Shown here: positions 1 to 13,371 of the stretch, in pieces
How positions within the stretch are numbered: the first letter of the stretch is position 1
How the letters are laid out: each line of letters starts with the position of its first letter
Source of the DNA: Nemertoderma westbladi
Taxonomy: Eukaryota; Animalia; Xenacoelomorpha
Length of the DNA stretch: 64,000 nucleotides
Direction: 5' to 3'
Assembly: GCA_032718475.1 (NCBI GenBank)
Contig: JAUCBJ010001606.1
Coordinates: 1-64,000 of the forward strand
The notes under the pieces: model-generated
What the model was told of the DNA's origin: nothing
Database searches by the model: none
The model's input: only the letters and a program-made list of their open reading frames with translations
Position numbers and translations under genes: made by a program

Positions 1-1775
1 GAGAGCCAGCAAGCTGGCTGGAAGGAGCCCGGGGGGAAGAATCCTAGCCAATACTAAACTAAACAATTGTCTAAATGGTGTGATGATACATAGCTGACTT
101 TGTGGCTTGCCCCACATAATAAAAAATGAAACTTTGCTGCCACTAACAACCGAATATTTATAAGAAAATGCCCATGATTCACAACCAGATAAATAACAAG
201 TTAGATTTACCAGTACAGGTACGGTTACCTTTCTTTTTGAAAACCATTAGATTTAACAATTAATAGAAGTCTAGGTCGCGGCGAAAAATAATAACGCAAA
301 TTAAACAACCATACAATCGGCCTACACACTTTTTTATTATTCGAAATAAATTCGCTAACAGAAAATATCTAAACTAATTTATTTATTTACTAATTAATCT
401 AAACGAGAAGGTGAACAATTGTTTCTACACAATTAATTATGACGACTTTTATGGGATATGTAATATTTACTGTTCAATAATAATTTACAATCTCCCATTC
501 CAACACATTCCCAGAGAGTAATAATATCATCAATATAACAAACTAAGTGGATTATAATTCGATTTCTTCAGCCAAGTCCGATAGCTATTTTTCTGAAATT
601 TATATTGCTAATTTAATTATTTGGCATATTCTGTTTGTGGCGCAGACTATAATAATAATAACATTGTTGACATACAGTCTTTGAACCTTTCAGTCTTTCT
701 CAGCAGTACTTTGTGGCTCGTCCCACATAATAAAAACTGAAACTTTGCTATGACAACACACCCGGTTCTTTTAAATTTGCGTGATTTGATTTATGCTCGC
801 ACCACTATTTGTAAGAAATATTAAAACTTATCTTACAGTATGCCAATGTAGTAATGGTATTAAAATATAATTAAATTAATTTACACTATTAATGCTTCAG
901 CTAAAAAATCGTTTCAGCTAAAAAATCGTATGTAATAAAAAAAATAAGAATATTTTTAATATGTGTATATGTAATATAGGTATTACTGCTAAGTTAGGCA
1001 GTAGGCCAGAGCGGGCTCCTTAAATACATGCAACTACTGTATTATAGTGTAGGTCAACTATAAAACATTTTGCAATCCACAGTGAGTATCGACTGCAATA
1101 GGACACAACACACTGCTTTGTGTAACTAAAATTAATTCTCCTGATCCACCCCCTAACATAGCAGAGTGAGTAACCTTATTGTAGATATACCCTTAGGAAG
1201 CACTGGGAGAGCAATCAGCTTATGGGGTAATACATTAGAAACCAACAGCTTATGTGTGAGTAAACATTGACTTTCCTTATAGCCTACTAGTAAAACTTGG
1301 CAACCAATACGTTTTACTATGACTGTGTATAACATATTATATTTCATCATGAACACCAGCTGTTATTTTACCATTGCTTTTAATTTCGCGACAAAACAAT
1401 GTCAAAAAACTAAATATATCGAATACCACACATAGAATCGATCTGAAATTTTGTAACGCGATTATGAACCTCAAAAGCAATGTACTTGCAAAATTTCATC
1501 AAAATCGCCAGGCAGGAAGTGCCTTAACCTAGATAATTATCAGTCAGTCAGTGTCAGTCAATGTAATGTATCCTGAAGATTCTTACAGTAAGTATCCCGC
1601 TGTCAAGCGGGCTCCTAACTAATTTACTGCTAAATATGTTCCCCAGATAAAAAAATATTCGGATTATTAGTAGGCATAACTACAGTATATAATTATTATT
1701 TTACTCTCAGTATTTGCCGGATAAAACATAACATACAGTAACTATGCATAACTAAACAAAACTAAGCTAAATGAT

Positions 1776-2165
1776 CCAACCTTCGAAAAGTCTACAAATT
1801 TATCCTTCGTTTTGAAGGTAATTTATCCTTCGAATAGTAGCATAAATTATCATTCTAAACGCAGGATAAAAACTATAATTCATCCACCCTTCGAAAAGTC
1901 TACAAATTTAGCCTTCATTTAGAAGGATAATTTATCCTTCGAATAGCAGCATAAATTATCCTTCTAAACGAAGGATAAAAATTATCAATTCATCCACCCT
2001 TCGAAAAGTCTACAAATTTATCCTTCGTTTAGAAGGTAATTTATCCGGCGAATAGTAGGCATATTTATCCTTCTATTTGCCGGCTAAAAACTAGCTAAAT
2101 CTTCAGAACCTTCGAATAGTCTTCGAATTTATCCTTCGTTTAGAAGGATAATTCATCCTACGAAT
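1776..2165. repeat. ~110-bp tandem repeat (~3.5 copies) built from TTATCCTTCG...GAAGGATAA hairpins; possibly the interior of a MITE (~1702-2288)
   Basis: CC(A/C)CCTTCGAAAAGTCTACAAATTTA recurs at ~1776, ~1884, ~1994 and, degenerate, ~2108. Outer TACTCTCAG (1702) and CTGGGAGTA (2280-2288) are near-inverted. Confidence 0.7.
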
Positions 2166-3343
2166 TGTAGACTGAATTATCAGACAATTTAGACGGCGAA
2201 AATGCTGATAATTTCGAAGAAAATTTATTTCGATCAAATTAGCAGCATATTAGTAGCAATTTCGAAGGATGTGACTTTGCTGGGAGTATTTATTACTAAC
2301 TAATCCAATTTTATTCTGTTTTTCTGAAGTTGGGACGGTAGTTTGAGCGTTTTAGAGAAAAAAAAAAAGTGGAAGATTTAGTTGGAAATTTGTTAGTTGG
2401 GTAGTGCGCTATGCTGTATCTTACCCATAGGTGCCCAGCCCAACACCTACAGGGGGTATTTAAGGAATACCCTACCCTGGGTTAGATGTCTCTAGTGTTG
2501 CCACTAAAAGTTGCGGAACCCTATACCGCATGGAAATTAAAATCCCTGAAAGTAAAAAATTTGGTAAAATGGGATGAAAGGGCCTGAAAATATGTAAATA
2601 ATTAATGCAATTGAAATATTTCTGAAAAATATAAATAAAAAATAAGTAAATATCAGTCATATTAATTGCCAATTTGTTCGTTAGTTTATATCATGCTAGT
2701 TGAATTACAATCCCAGTATTTGTCAGATTTGTACAGTACCATATACCTTAATTTTTAACATGCATGAGTATGTAAGAGTATATGTATTGTATATATGTAT
2801 TGACACTCGCGAAATGATAGGTGAGCATTGCAATTAATTTAGTAAAAGTTTTGAACAATATGTACAGTATTACATGAAGTGAGATTATGACAGATATTCT
2901 CAGTGAATCATGCATTCGTCATTGCAAGCTTACCGCTTTAGTTGTATGACTCGACTTATCCTGTTTTTTTTTTTGTATTTGGTACAATCTTTCAGATCGT
3001 AGGTGTGGATGGGTGTCGCGGTGTGGGGTAGGGTAGTGGGTTGGTGTATGTTGATTTTATGTTCATTTTCGTCGGAGAGCGAGAGTGGGAGAGGTGATGA
3101 GTTGGGGCAGTTCCGCGGCAATAATAATACTGCCTCTCAATAAAGAGACCCCCTTTACTGCTATCAGGGACGCGTTGTTCGACAGCCCCGTCAGCAAAAA
3201 CAGCCAGTACCGCTAGTCGGTGGGGTTGACTTGTTGACGAGAGGCTATTTACAGGCGCATCGGTCAACCATTACTGACCAAATTTGGTACTTTATTGTGG
3301 CTTAATTCTTTAATAAAAGATAGAGTGATATATTGTTACAAAA

Positions 3344-4495
3344 TAAATGTTTTGTTTTGTTTTAAAACAAAAACAAAGTTTTTGTTTGTTTGTTTTTGTT
3401 GTTTTTGTGTGTCTTGTTTTGTTTTTGTGTGTTTTTGTTGTTTTTGTGTGTCTTTGTTTTGTTTTTGTGTGTTTTTGTTTGTTTTTGTGTGTTTTTGTTT
3501 GTTTTTGTATGTTTTGTTTGTTTTTGTGTGTTTTTGTTTGTTTTTGTGTGTTTTTGTTTGTTTTTGTGTGTTTTTGTTTGTTTTTGTGTGTTTTTGTTTG
3601 TTGAATTGTATGTTTTTGTGTGAATTGTATGTTTTTGTGTGTTTCTGTTTGTTTTTGTGTGTTTTTGTTTCTTTTTGTGTGTTCTGTTTCTTTATGTTTC
3701 TTTTGTTTGTTTTTGTGTGTTTTGTTTGCTTTTGTTTGTTTGTGTGTGTTTTTGTTTATTTGTGTTTGTTTTTGTGTTTTTGTGTTTTTGTTTGTTTTTG
3801 TTTGTTTTGTTTGCTTTTGTTTGTTTTTGTGTGTTTTTGTTTGTTTTGTGTGTTTTTGTGTGAATTGTATGTTTTTGTGTGTTTTTGTGTGAATTGTATG
3901 TTTTTGTGTGTTTTTGTGTGAATTGTATGTTTTTGTGTGTTTCTGTTTGTTTTTGTGTGTTTTTGTTTGTCTTTAAGTGTCTTTTGTTGTGTTTTTGTTT
4001 GTTTTTGTGTGTTTGTTTGCTTTTGTTTGTTTGTGTGTGTTTTTGTTTGTTTTTGTATATTTGTGTTTGTTTTTGGGTTTTTGTTTGTTTTGTTTGCTTT
4101 TGTTTGTTTTTCTGTGTGTTTTTGTTTATTTGTTTTTGTGTGTTTTTGTTTGTTTTTGTGTGTTTTTGTTTGTTTTGTGTGTTTCTGTTTGTTTTTGTGT
4201 GTTTTGTTTGTTTTTGTTTGATTTTGTGTGTTTATGTTTGTTTTTATGTGTTTTTGTTTGTTTTTGTGTGTTTTTGTTTGTTTTAGTGTGTTTTTGTTTG
4301 TTTTGTGTGTTTTTGTGTGAATTGTATATTTTTGTGTGTTTTTGTGTGGATTGTATGTTTTTGTGTGTTTCTGTTTGTTTTTGTGTGTTTTTGTTTGTTT
4401 TTGTGTGTTTTGTTTCTTTATGTGTCTTTTGTTTGTTTTTGTGTGTTTTGTTTGCTTTTGTTTGTGTGTGTTTTTGTTTATTTGTGTTTATTTAA
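3344..4495. repeat. Degenerate (TTTTTGTGTG/TTTTTGTTTG)n low-complexity array
   Basis: About 1.15 kb composed almost only of T and G. The overlapping F/V/C/L ORFs in all frames are artefacts. Confidence 0.95.
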
Positions 4496-5459
4496 TGTGA
4501 CGTCAACATATGATCAGATGATGGTAGTCATAAATCGAGTATATTTTTCTTCCCGGAAGAGTTATTCTCACCAAGCTTGGAAAGAGATGTTGGCGGAAAC
4601 GCAACCACACTATCTACTGTATTACAGTACTTAATCGCCCTTTGCGCAATTTATCAAAGGCATCGCATTAACTGATATCAACCATAACCTGCCTGCCTGA
4701 TCACAATCATATAGTAATGTTTAGATTGAATAAGCGCGATGCATCCGTCCAGGCGAAATATATGTGATGTTCATAATGGGGATTCCACGGAGGATCGAGT
4801 GCATCAATGATCTAATTTATACTGAAGGTACCTGTAGAGTGTAGACTACTGGACGGTCAGCCTAAACACCCAACTACACCCAACTTTCACCCAACTACAC
4901 CCAACTTTCACCCAACTACACCCAACTTTCAGCCAACTACACCCACACAGTTCCACCCCACTACACCCAACTTCCACTTCCACTCTGCATCCAACTTACA
5001 CCAAACTATACCTACTGTATGGCACCAAACTTCCACAAATTACAATATGTACAGTAACAAACTCTTCGAGGAATTGCTGAGATATGAGCTTTTAAATGTT
5101 TCATGTACTGTATGTTGCCCCCACTGCTGAGCAATTATGAAAATAACAAACTAACGTTTTATATTTATTGCAGGTTGGTTCTAGAATAATTGATGAATTT
5201 AGCAATAAATATACAAAGGAGAGACGCAGAGACTATTGACGAACGATCCAAGCTACAGTATAAAACTAAACTGGCGCTGTGGGATTGTGGTGAAAATGAA
5301 AACGGTATTGATACACAGGAGGGTCACCGTCACAGCCTTAACGACGAAATCGCATTGGAAACTTCTGTTATGGGAATAGCAATGCAGATAATTCGTACAA
5401 AGTTAATGGACATAAGTTCTATATTATACAGTATGTTTAATGCAATTATAATAATGTAA

Positions 5460-8400
5460 TTATCCTTTATGTATCATAGAATACAAGAAAAAGAACTGTA
5501 ACATTATTTTCAGCAGCTTTATTTTAATCTTGGGCCCATGTAAACACTTTCTGCCGTTATATATTTCACTTTGCAGTTGCCCCCATTCATCCGTATAGAA
5601 TCCTTCCATCTCAGAACTGTGGTCACTCACATCACTGAATTGGACATGTAGTTCGGGCTCACTTACCTGACTGGTGCGGGTTCTTTCAAATTCTGTGTGC
5701 AGCAAGATATGATGTTTCGCGCCGCACTTAGCACACCTAGCATCTGAGTAACAGGTCCGCCATTGGTGTCCTCGTCTGAGACAATTATAACACAACCGCT
5801 TATCCCACATGACTTCGCGTCTATCCTTTAAGGATCTCTTTAAGAATTCGTCACACACACTTAAACGGTGGGGCCTGTCGCACAGCGCACATTTTGGTTT
5901 GATGTTACTCACCTTACCTTGGGTAACGTTGTGCACTCTCGGTCTTTCCTCGGGCTTTCTTCCGTGAACTCTATTAGGAGACGTAGGAGGAGTTTTTGTT
6001 ACCTGTTCTCTCCTGTCATTGGTTTGAGACTTAAATTTACTTACGTCTTTAGGCGCTTTGTTGACATAGTAAGATCTTTCAGTGTCTTTCCCGCTGTCTT
6101 CCTCTTGAGAAGCCTGGCTTTCGCCGTCGTCGGTATAACACACTGGTGTTACCTTTCTCCTAGAAACGGGTTTCTCACTTACCTTATTTTCCGGTGTCTT
6201 CTCTCTGGACTGCTTTAGGAGCTGTAATTTTACCTCTCCATCTAAGAATGACATGAGATCAGCCATGGTAGGGTCTCTTCGTTGTTGTTCCATCATATAT
6301 AACACTTTCTTGTCCCAGTGTGTACCTACTCCACCCTTGGGCAAAGTAGATGCTAAGGCTCCTACAACAATAGAATTCTGGTATTCACCTAACCTATCTA
6401 GTTGTCTACAGATCTCCTGAATCTCGTCGGAAAACTCTATAATCCCGCTGCTAAGAAACTTTCGGGGCGCCATTAATTTCGCATATAAATACCTAGATAT
6501 GTTAGTCCTATTACCATACCTGATGTTTAGTGTATCCCAAACTTGTCTTAATCCATCTGGATGTCCAATAAACTTTAACGCCATTAACTTGGGAGATCCC
6601 TCCAAGCACTCGATGAGGAATCTAAGTTTCTCTCCGTTAGATAGCACAGAGTTCTGTATGTTATCTTTATAATATTCATTAAAAGGTAACCATTTCATCT
6701 CATCTCCATTGAACTTGACGATCTCTCCCACCTTTACCGCTTGACGGGCTTCGGTTCTAGCCATTTGACGCGTAAAACTTTCTTGGGCCATCGTGTTATT
6801 TAATATCGAGTTATCGGTATATAAATTTCTCGGATTATGATCAGGTCTATATGGAATATCATTGTCAACAGGTTTATAATTACCCTTAATAGGGTTTACT
6901 ATAGGAGTTTCTACTTCACTAGCAGTATAGATGCGTGTAGGCTCCACACCTTGCGCATGAAATACTTCAGAACTAACAGGTTGACACATTGTTACCGGGG
7001 TTGGTGTTATACCCCTTTGGGTATTTACTAATTTATCGCGTTCTAACGCGATACTCTGCTGCACTTCTTGCAACTCTAACCTACTTTCCCTTACTGTGCC
7101 CTTGAACTGTTGAACAGTCTCCTGCATCTGCCCGAGCAGGAGGTCCATCCCCCGCCGTCTCTCATCCACCCACTCGACTGCCGAAGCGGGAGCTGCCAAC
7201 ATAGTAGTGGGTAGGCGAGGGACAACGGGCGACAAATCATTGATATTTCGCTCGGAGTCCAGGACAGGAACTGTCTCAGGGGCTGTTCTGCTGGGCACAG
7301 GTATTTTAGTGCTGTGCAAAGGGAATTTAGAGGTAGGTTCTGGGAGTACAGGTGTCTCTATCACCGAAGGGGTGGCTTCAAGAACAGGCCTAATTATTTC
7401 AGGTTCATCTACTATAGTAGGGAGTCTTTCTACTCTAATAATTTGGTCTGTGGGTTCTGTACTACCTAAGTCTGTGCTAGCTAGTTGCCTTCTCACAGCT
7501 TGGGGCAAATCACGCAATTTCTGACGGTGGGGCATTCTTCTACGCCTGCTGGGACGAGATCTATTTCCTCCGCCTTCAGGATCTGTTGTATCGCCTTCAT
7601 CCGATGATGTAAAGCCCTGTCGTTTGGGGGTGGATCGACTTATCAGCTGCATCCGACTGGCTGTTATCTGTTTATTGAAGTTGTCTTGCTTCTCTTGAAG
7701 ATTTTCCAACTCTAGTTGGGTTGTCTCTTCAGATGCCCTCCGTTCTGCTTCTGCCACTGCTATCTTTCTTTCCGCTTCGGCCGCTTTTCTTTCCGCTTCT
7801 GCCGCTGCCGATTTTCTTTCCGCTTCTACTGCTGCAGCTGCCGCTTTTGCCTCTGCCGCTGCCGCTTTTGCCTCTGCCGCTGCTGCTTTTCTTTCCGCTT
7901 CTACTGCTGCAGCTGCCGCTTTTGCCTCTGCCGCTGCCTCCATTGCCTCTGCCGCTGCTGCTTTTCTTTCCGCTTCTACTGCTGCAGCTGCCGCTTTTGC
8001 CTCTGCCGCTGCCTCTGCCGCTTTTCTTTCCACTTCTGCCGCTTTTCTTTCTGCTTCTGCCGCTGCCACTGCCGCTGCTGCTGTCTTTCTGTCTTCTATA
8101 CGTTTTTTCTTTACTTGTTCTTCTTGAACCTTAGCGATGCGGATGCTTTCATCAAATTTAGCTTGGTTCGCAGCTAGCATTTCCGCATCTATTGCGTCCA
8201 GCACAAACTTGGCTCCTTCACTATTAGGGCGAAGTCCAGCCAGCCGTGTCCTCAACTCTTCATCACCTAGAAATCGTTGATAGTCTGACAGATAGATGTC
8301 AATAGCATCCCTCTTCTGCGGTTTCTCTGCTGTCGCTTCGCTTTCCACTTGAGAAAAGGTAGCGTCTGTTGATTCTCCATGGGTGGAGCGCTCAGCCAGC

Positions 8401-9263
8401 TGAAATTTCCACTGGGCCGTTCCTTGAACCTTGAGACTCACCCGCTGGAACCAAGTCTTTACGGCAACTTGCAACGACGTGTCTTGTCTTCTTTTCGAAG
8501 CTTCCTCAAAGGCCGATAGGATTAGTCTGATTCTTAGAATTCTTTCTCGAACTTGATAAAGCAGCTCTCCCTGCTCTTGAGGTCCTTGGGTTTGTTGAAA
8601 CAGTTGTTCCTCTAATCGCTCCAAAGAGCTGAAGAATCCCTGTACATATCCTGCTGCCGACCTCTTCCACACAGCTGGATCGATGGTTTCCTTGGTTACT
8701 CCCATCCTGTGCATGTCTTCCCAGGCAGCTTCCGATAAGTCAAACGGGAGTCCGGGTCCGGGGAAGTTCCATTGCGACTCGACAATAGACTTCAGTTCCT
8801 CCCTTGTGTATCCCGCATAACTGTCCTTGGTCGATCGCTTACTTCTCGCCCAATCAATTTAGTGTTCCTCCACCGCAATCAATACCCTAGTGAGTACGGC
8901 TGCAGGAAGAATGAGAAGGGGATCCGAATAAACCGCATCTGCCATCTTTGCTCCGCGCTCGGGTGTCAGCTCTACAGTATCCGAACTACTGGAGCTATCG
9001 GGCCGCTGAGAAATAAGTTCTCGGCTAGGGTGTTGCTGCTGTTTAACAGCTGCTTCTTGGTCCCGCTTGACTTGAGCCCGAGTGCCTATGATAGACCTAT
9101 GGTGTTGGACTAGCCTAGGGTCTGATACTACTACTGGAGGGATGATCTTTCTTACAGTAGGAGGTGAGTTGAACTTCGGTCTCAAACGTTCAGCACTCCT
9201 ATCTGGGTCACAGATGGTTGTATCTAGGAGACTGTCTGACAGGTTTTGCTTTGTGTCAGACAT
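5460..9263 (-). pseudogene. Bel/Pao LTR-retrotransposon gag, truncated before protease/pol, with one in-frame TAA at 8859-8861
   Basis: DUF1759-like block KFNGDEMKWLPF...LSNGEKLRFLIECLEG...WDTLNIRYG. Three Bel/Pao-type knuckles: CALCDRPHRLSVC, CYNCLRRGHQWRTC, CAKCGAKHHILLH. ORFs 8859..9263 and 5460..8714 share a frame and the segment between them translates openly. The last ~24 codons come from the left TIR. Confidence 0.88.
7735..8085 (-). repeat. Coding tandem repeat (AAAAEAKAAAAAVEAERK-like), predicted coiled coil inside gag
   Basis: Repeated GCTGCCGCTTTTGCCTCTGCC / TTTCTTTCCGCTTCTACTGCTGCA units. Confidence 0.9.
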
Positions 9264-9402
9264 GTTGGTTTATACAGTTGAATGCCTACTGATATAATTA
9301 CAGTTAAAGCAAGTCTAGTAATTCAGTATCACTGTTAGCCTAGTAATTAATTACCGATATCGTTACTCTATGTAACGTGATATATATATACACAATATAT
9401 TA

Positions 9403-9656
9403 GAATACCGGTATACACTTATAGTATATATATAAGTATTATTACAGACTCGGTTTGTCACAGAATACCGGTATATAATTTCAGCGCAAATATATATAAA
9501 TATATAATAAGCCTATCGTGAATACCGGTATACAACTTACACTTATAGTATATATAAGTATAATTATAGACTAGAATTAATTACAGAATACTGGTATATA
9601 ATTTCAGCTTAAATTTATAGAAATAAATATAATAAGCATATTGTAAATACCGGTAC
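9403..9656. repeat. ~120-bp tandem duplication in the leader upstream of gag
   Basis: GAATACCGGTATAC..CTTATAGTATATATAAGTA..CAGAATAC(C/T)GGTATATAATTTCAGC repeats at ~9403 and ~9520. Confidence 0.8.
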
Positions 9657-12600
9657 GTTAATTATTTTAGAATAATTGAATTTCTGAATTTTAGGGTTAC
9701 TTAGTTACTTTACTTTACTTTATTACCGTTATTTAAGCAGTAGTGAAACTGATATTAAGACCTAATTGATGTATGACAGGCCTACTGTTTTATAAATCGG
9801 TTTGAGTTGATTTATAATATATATACCCGTATAATGGGTTTTTGTCAATGTTTGAAATAAATGTTATTATTTCTGGGAAGGAGTCACTACACAGAAGCTG
9901 TACGCTCTCAGTGAAGTGCTACCTATTGTTTTGGACACTAAAACAAATAATTATACTTGCCTAAGTTACTTATTACTACAAATTACATACAATTGCGGGG
10001 TGAGATTACAATCTCTAAATAAACACAAAAATTATACGTACGAATTTTTAGGGTTAATTTTACAAGAAATCTACAAACCAGCCTAACAAGGGGTTAGAAT
10101 TTCTGGTTATTACAAACGGACAGGATACTATGGTATTTGAAAACAATAAAGCAGTAGTAAATATATTGCGTTATCCAAATAGGAAAAATACCACCGTCTG
10201 ACGACTTATAGCCGTAGCGCTATAAGTACTACGTTATGTACACGGAGTGTTCCTACCTAGAAGTTAATTACCGCGGCCTACCAGAGCCAACGTGCCCATT
10301 AACCACTTTACAACACAAATATACTGCCTACACACTAATTACCTTCGGAAAGCACTGTACACTAAACCCTAAATTAGGTACAAGTACTTATACAACAAAT
10401 AACCAGCAGTTAAAAATACTTGTACAGCTAAAAGAACCACGGTATCTGCCGGAGTGACCAGAGCATAAAATCACCAGTCTTTACCTACACCAAACAGTCC
10501 TGATGTAGTACCGGGGTTAATTTAACTATAACGGTATGTATAACAAGCACAATTACTGTAGGAATAAACTTGGGGGTATGTATGTTGCGAACAATCGCAT
10601 AAACTCTGAATAATAAATATTACGCTACCCGTACAGACTACACAAACAAATACAGACCAAACGCTGGCAGACTACTATCAAGCCTAAATAAACTACAGTA
10701 TATGCAGACTCCGAAATGGTTAGTTAGTATGCGTTCTAACCGAGTAGTACGACTTATTCTTTCGGGGGGATTTACCTTACAGCACAGGATGCCCACCACG
10801 TTCCTAACTAGTACTTTATCGGACATACACTCTATACACACAGCAATCTCTTCAGACCTAACAACAGTCAGACAACAGTCCAGCCTACAAATTACCTGTA
10901 CAATCTGAGCAGGCTTACACGCCTTCTGCTCAATATTAACCTACTAATAAATAAAACTGACAGAAATAAGTAAAATCCCAATAAAAAACCAGGGTGGGCC
11001 CTCCCTGATTAAATATCAAGACCTACCGGTATATAATTATCCAAATCGAATAATATTGATGTATCTGTACTGCTGTAAGTACCGGTTCGGGTGGTTAGGT
11101 AGTCAGGCCTACTAGTTACCGGTCGACCGGTACTTTTACCTTTATTGCCTACGTTGCAATAAAGAAGCAATAGCTGTTATTGTTCTTACCAGAACAATAG
11201 TAAACTGTATTTATTGCCTACACTGCAATCAGAAGAAATAACTGTTATTGTTCGCGCTTTTAGACCTTTAGCAGTTTAACCTGCCAAATTTAGGTGTCTT
11301 CTAGGTTATAAATCGACTTTAGCCTATGACAAGTATTTGATACACATAAAACAACATTAGCCGAAGCCAGCCTATGCGCGACCATTCACCCACTGGATTT
11401 ACCCGGGAGACTGGATTCGGATGCTCTGACCTTATTGCGGTGTAGGCCTACTGTACTATTCGATTGATCGTTAATATATAATCTCTGACAAATATTATTC
11501 ACTTTCGGGAAATATTAACAGTTCCTTTAGGACGTGGCGCTCTAAGTATGTAAACAGAGTTATGACTTACACTAAACACAACGGGATGGCTAATGATTCA
11601 CTTATAAAGCGCATTCTTTAGGAGATGCTTTGTTATCTATCACACTCATGCACACTACCGCACACTGCTGAACAATGATCTGCCGACCTTCACTAATTTT
11701 AGTCATATATAAAGAGAACAGCAACCGACACATGTAGGGCCTATGAAATAGCATTCAATTCACTCCAAAGCCACTATAATGTAAGTCGCAATTGCTATAT
11801 GTAACCGGTCTCTAACCTTCAGTATATCAAGAAGATTGGGGTTTTATGGTTATTTATCGATATTCTCCAAATATAACAATATTCCATCAACTGATACAAT
11901 TAATAACCGACAGTAAATAGCAGTAAAATAATGCGGTGCTTTAAGTATAAAACAGAGTCTGACCAGTTTTGTTTGTGATATGAGGTGCGTTATGATATGG
12001 TTTGATAACAGTTATACGTTTCTATAATCAAAGCCGTTCTAATGTTTGGCTAAAGTCTGAAACACAGAATAATTCCACAGCCGGTGTTCTAGGCTTAGGA
12101 AAAATACACACTGACTGAATTGCGTGAGTTTCTGTATGCACTGTCCAACACAGAGTGAAAACCGCTCTGATTGGTCGAGCCGAACAGAGAAAGCCAAAAG
12201 CTACACGTCGACATCTCAGTGATAGATGTCGTCATCTGAAATACACTGTATTAAGAGTATTTTGGTGCATTGCGGCATAAAATTGCTAGCTATGTCCGCT
12301 AAAGTACACATACAGAAGAAATGGCTTTTTATGTCCACTAAAACACCTGTACAGTAAGGAAACGGCTTTTTATGTCCGCTAAAACACCTACAGAGTACTT
12401 TGCGGGGAAAATAACCAGCTAATTCCGCAAAAGCCTTTACAGCCATAAAGTTTAAGATAAAGAAGCTGAAAATAATGTTACAGTTTTTTTTCTTGTATTC
12501 TATGAAACAGTACATAAAGGATAATTACATTATTATAATTGCATTAAACATACTGTATAATATAGAACTTATGTCCATTAACTTTGTACGAATTATCTGC

Positions 12601-13371
12601 ATTGCTATTCCCACAGCAGAAGTTTCCAATAATGCGATTTCGTCGTTAAGGCTGTGACGGTGACCCTCCTGTGTATCAATACCGTTTTCATTTTCACCGC
12701 AATCCCACAGCGCCAGTTTAGTTTGTACTGTAGCTTAGTTTGGAGTTTTGATGCGTGGTATGTGTAGACATCTATAGGTATCTGGATCGTTCGTCAATAG
12801 TCTCTGTGTCTCTCCTTTGTATATTTATTGCTAAATTCATCAATTATTCTAGAATCAACCTGCAATAAAAATAAAATGTTAGTTAGTTATTTTCATAATT
12901 GCAGGGCAGTGATGGCAAAATACAGCACGAGTACATGCAACTTTTAAAAGTTCATATCTCAGCAATTCCTCAAAGAAGTTCAGAGTTTGTTACTGTACAT
13001 ATTGTAATTTGTGGAAGATAGGTGCCATACAGTATAGTTTGGTGTAAGTTGGATGCTGTTGTGTTGAAGTTGGGTGTAGTTGGTGAAAGTTGGGTGTAGT
13101 TGGGTGGTAGTTGGGTGAAAGTTGGGTGTAGTTGGGTGAAAGTTGGGTGTAGTTGGGTGTAGTTGGGTGTAGTTGGGTGTAGTTGGGTGTAGTTGGGTGA
13201 AAGTTGTGATTAGGCTGACCCTACTGGACTATGCCTATAGGTATTTCAGCAATAACTATTGCGTTTTGGATTACAATTAATTACATCCACACAGACAAAC
13301 AGGCATACAAACAGACAACAACCCAAACCGCAATGATAATTACCTTTGCAGGCATTTCATATATATGCCGT

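Larger units (their letters stand above)
4855..13220. mobile_element. Non-autonomous Mutator/Foldback-type DNA element with long TIRs and a 9-bp TSD, carrying a Bel/Pao gag
   Basis: Termini are GGTCAGCCTA...TAGGCTGACC. CTACTGGAC is identical at 4846-4854 and 13221-13229. Inverted homology ~4855-5531 vs ~12449-13220, with an extra ~47 bp in the right arm near 12737-12783. Both arms have subterminal CACCCAACTA/CACCCAACTTT repeats. No transposase seen. Confidence 0.88.

Noticed and set aside
223-3267. Possible minus-strand gene start (donors at ~2933 and 228; ATG GTT TTC AAA AAG AAA G|GTAACC) and the 91-aa ORF at 2992-3267
   Set aside because: Only splice-like hexamers and six codons, with no recognisable homology. 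Cannot be supported from this window.
3295-4634. Many overlapping F/V/C/L-rich ORFs
   Set aside because: Artefacts of a stop-poor T/G low-complexity array.
4867-4975. (CACCCAACTA)n as an interstitial telomere
   Set aside because: Not a canonical telomere unit, and it is mirrored at ~13070-13205 as part of the TIRs.
5190-5459. 89-aa ORF in the left TIR, and similar short ORFs at 12216-12657
   Set aside because: TIR sequence. The mirrored arm has an insertion and no transposase motif is visible.
9264-12450. 5' LTR and primer-binding site of the Bel/Pao element
   Set aside because: No second LTR for comparison and no convincing TGG-initiated tRNA complement found, so boundaries are not called.
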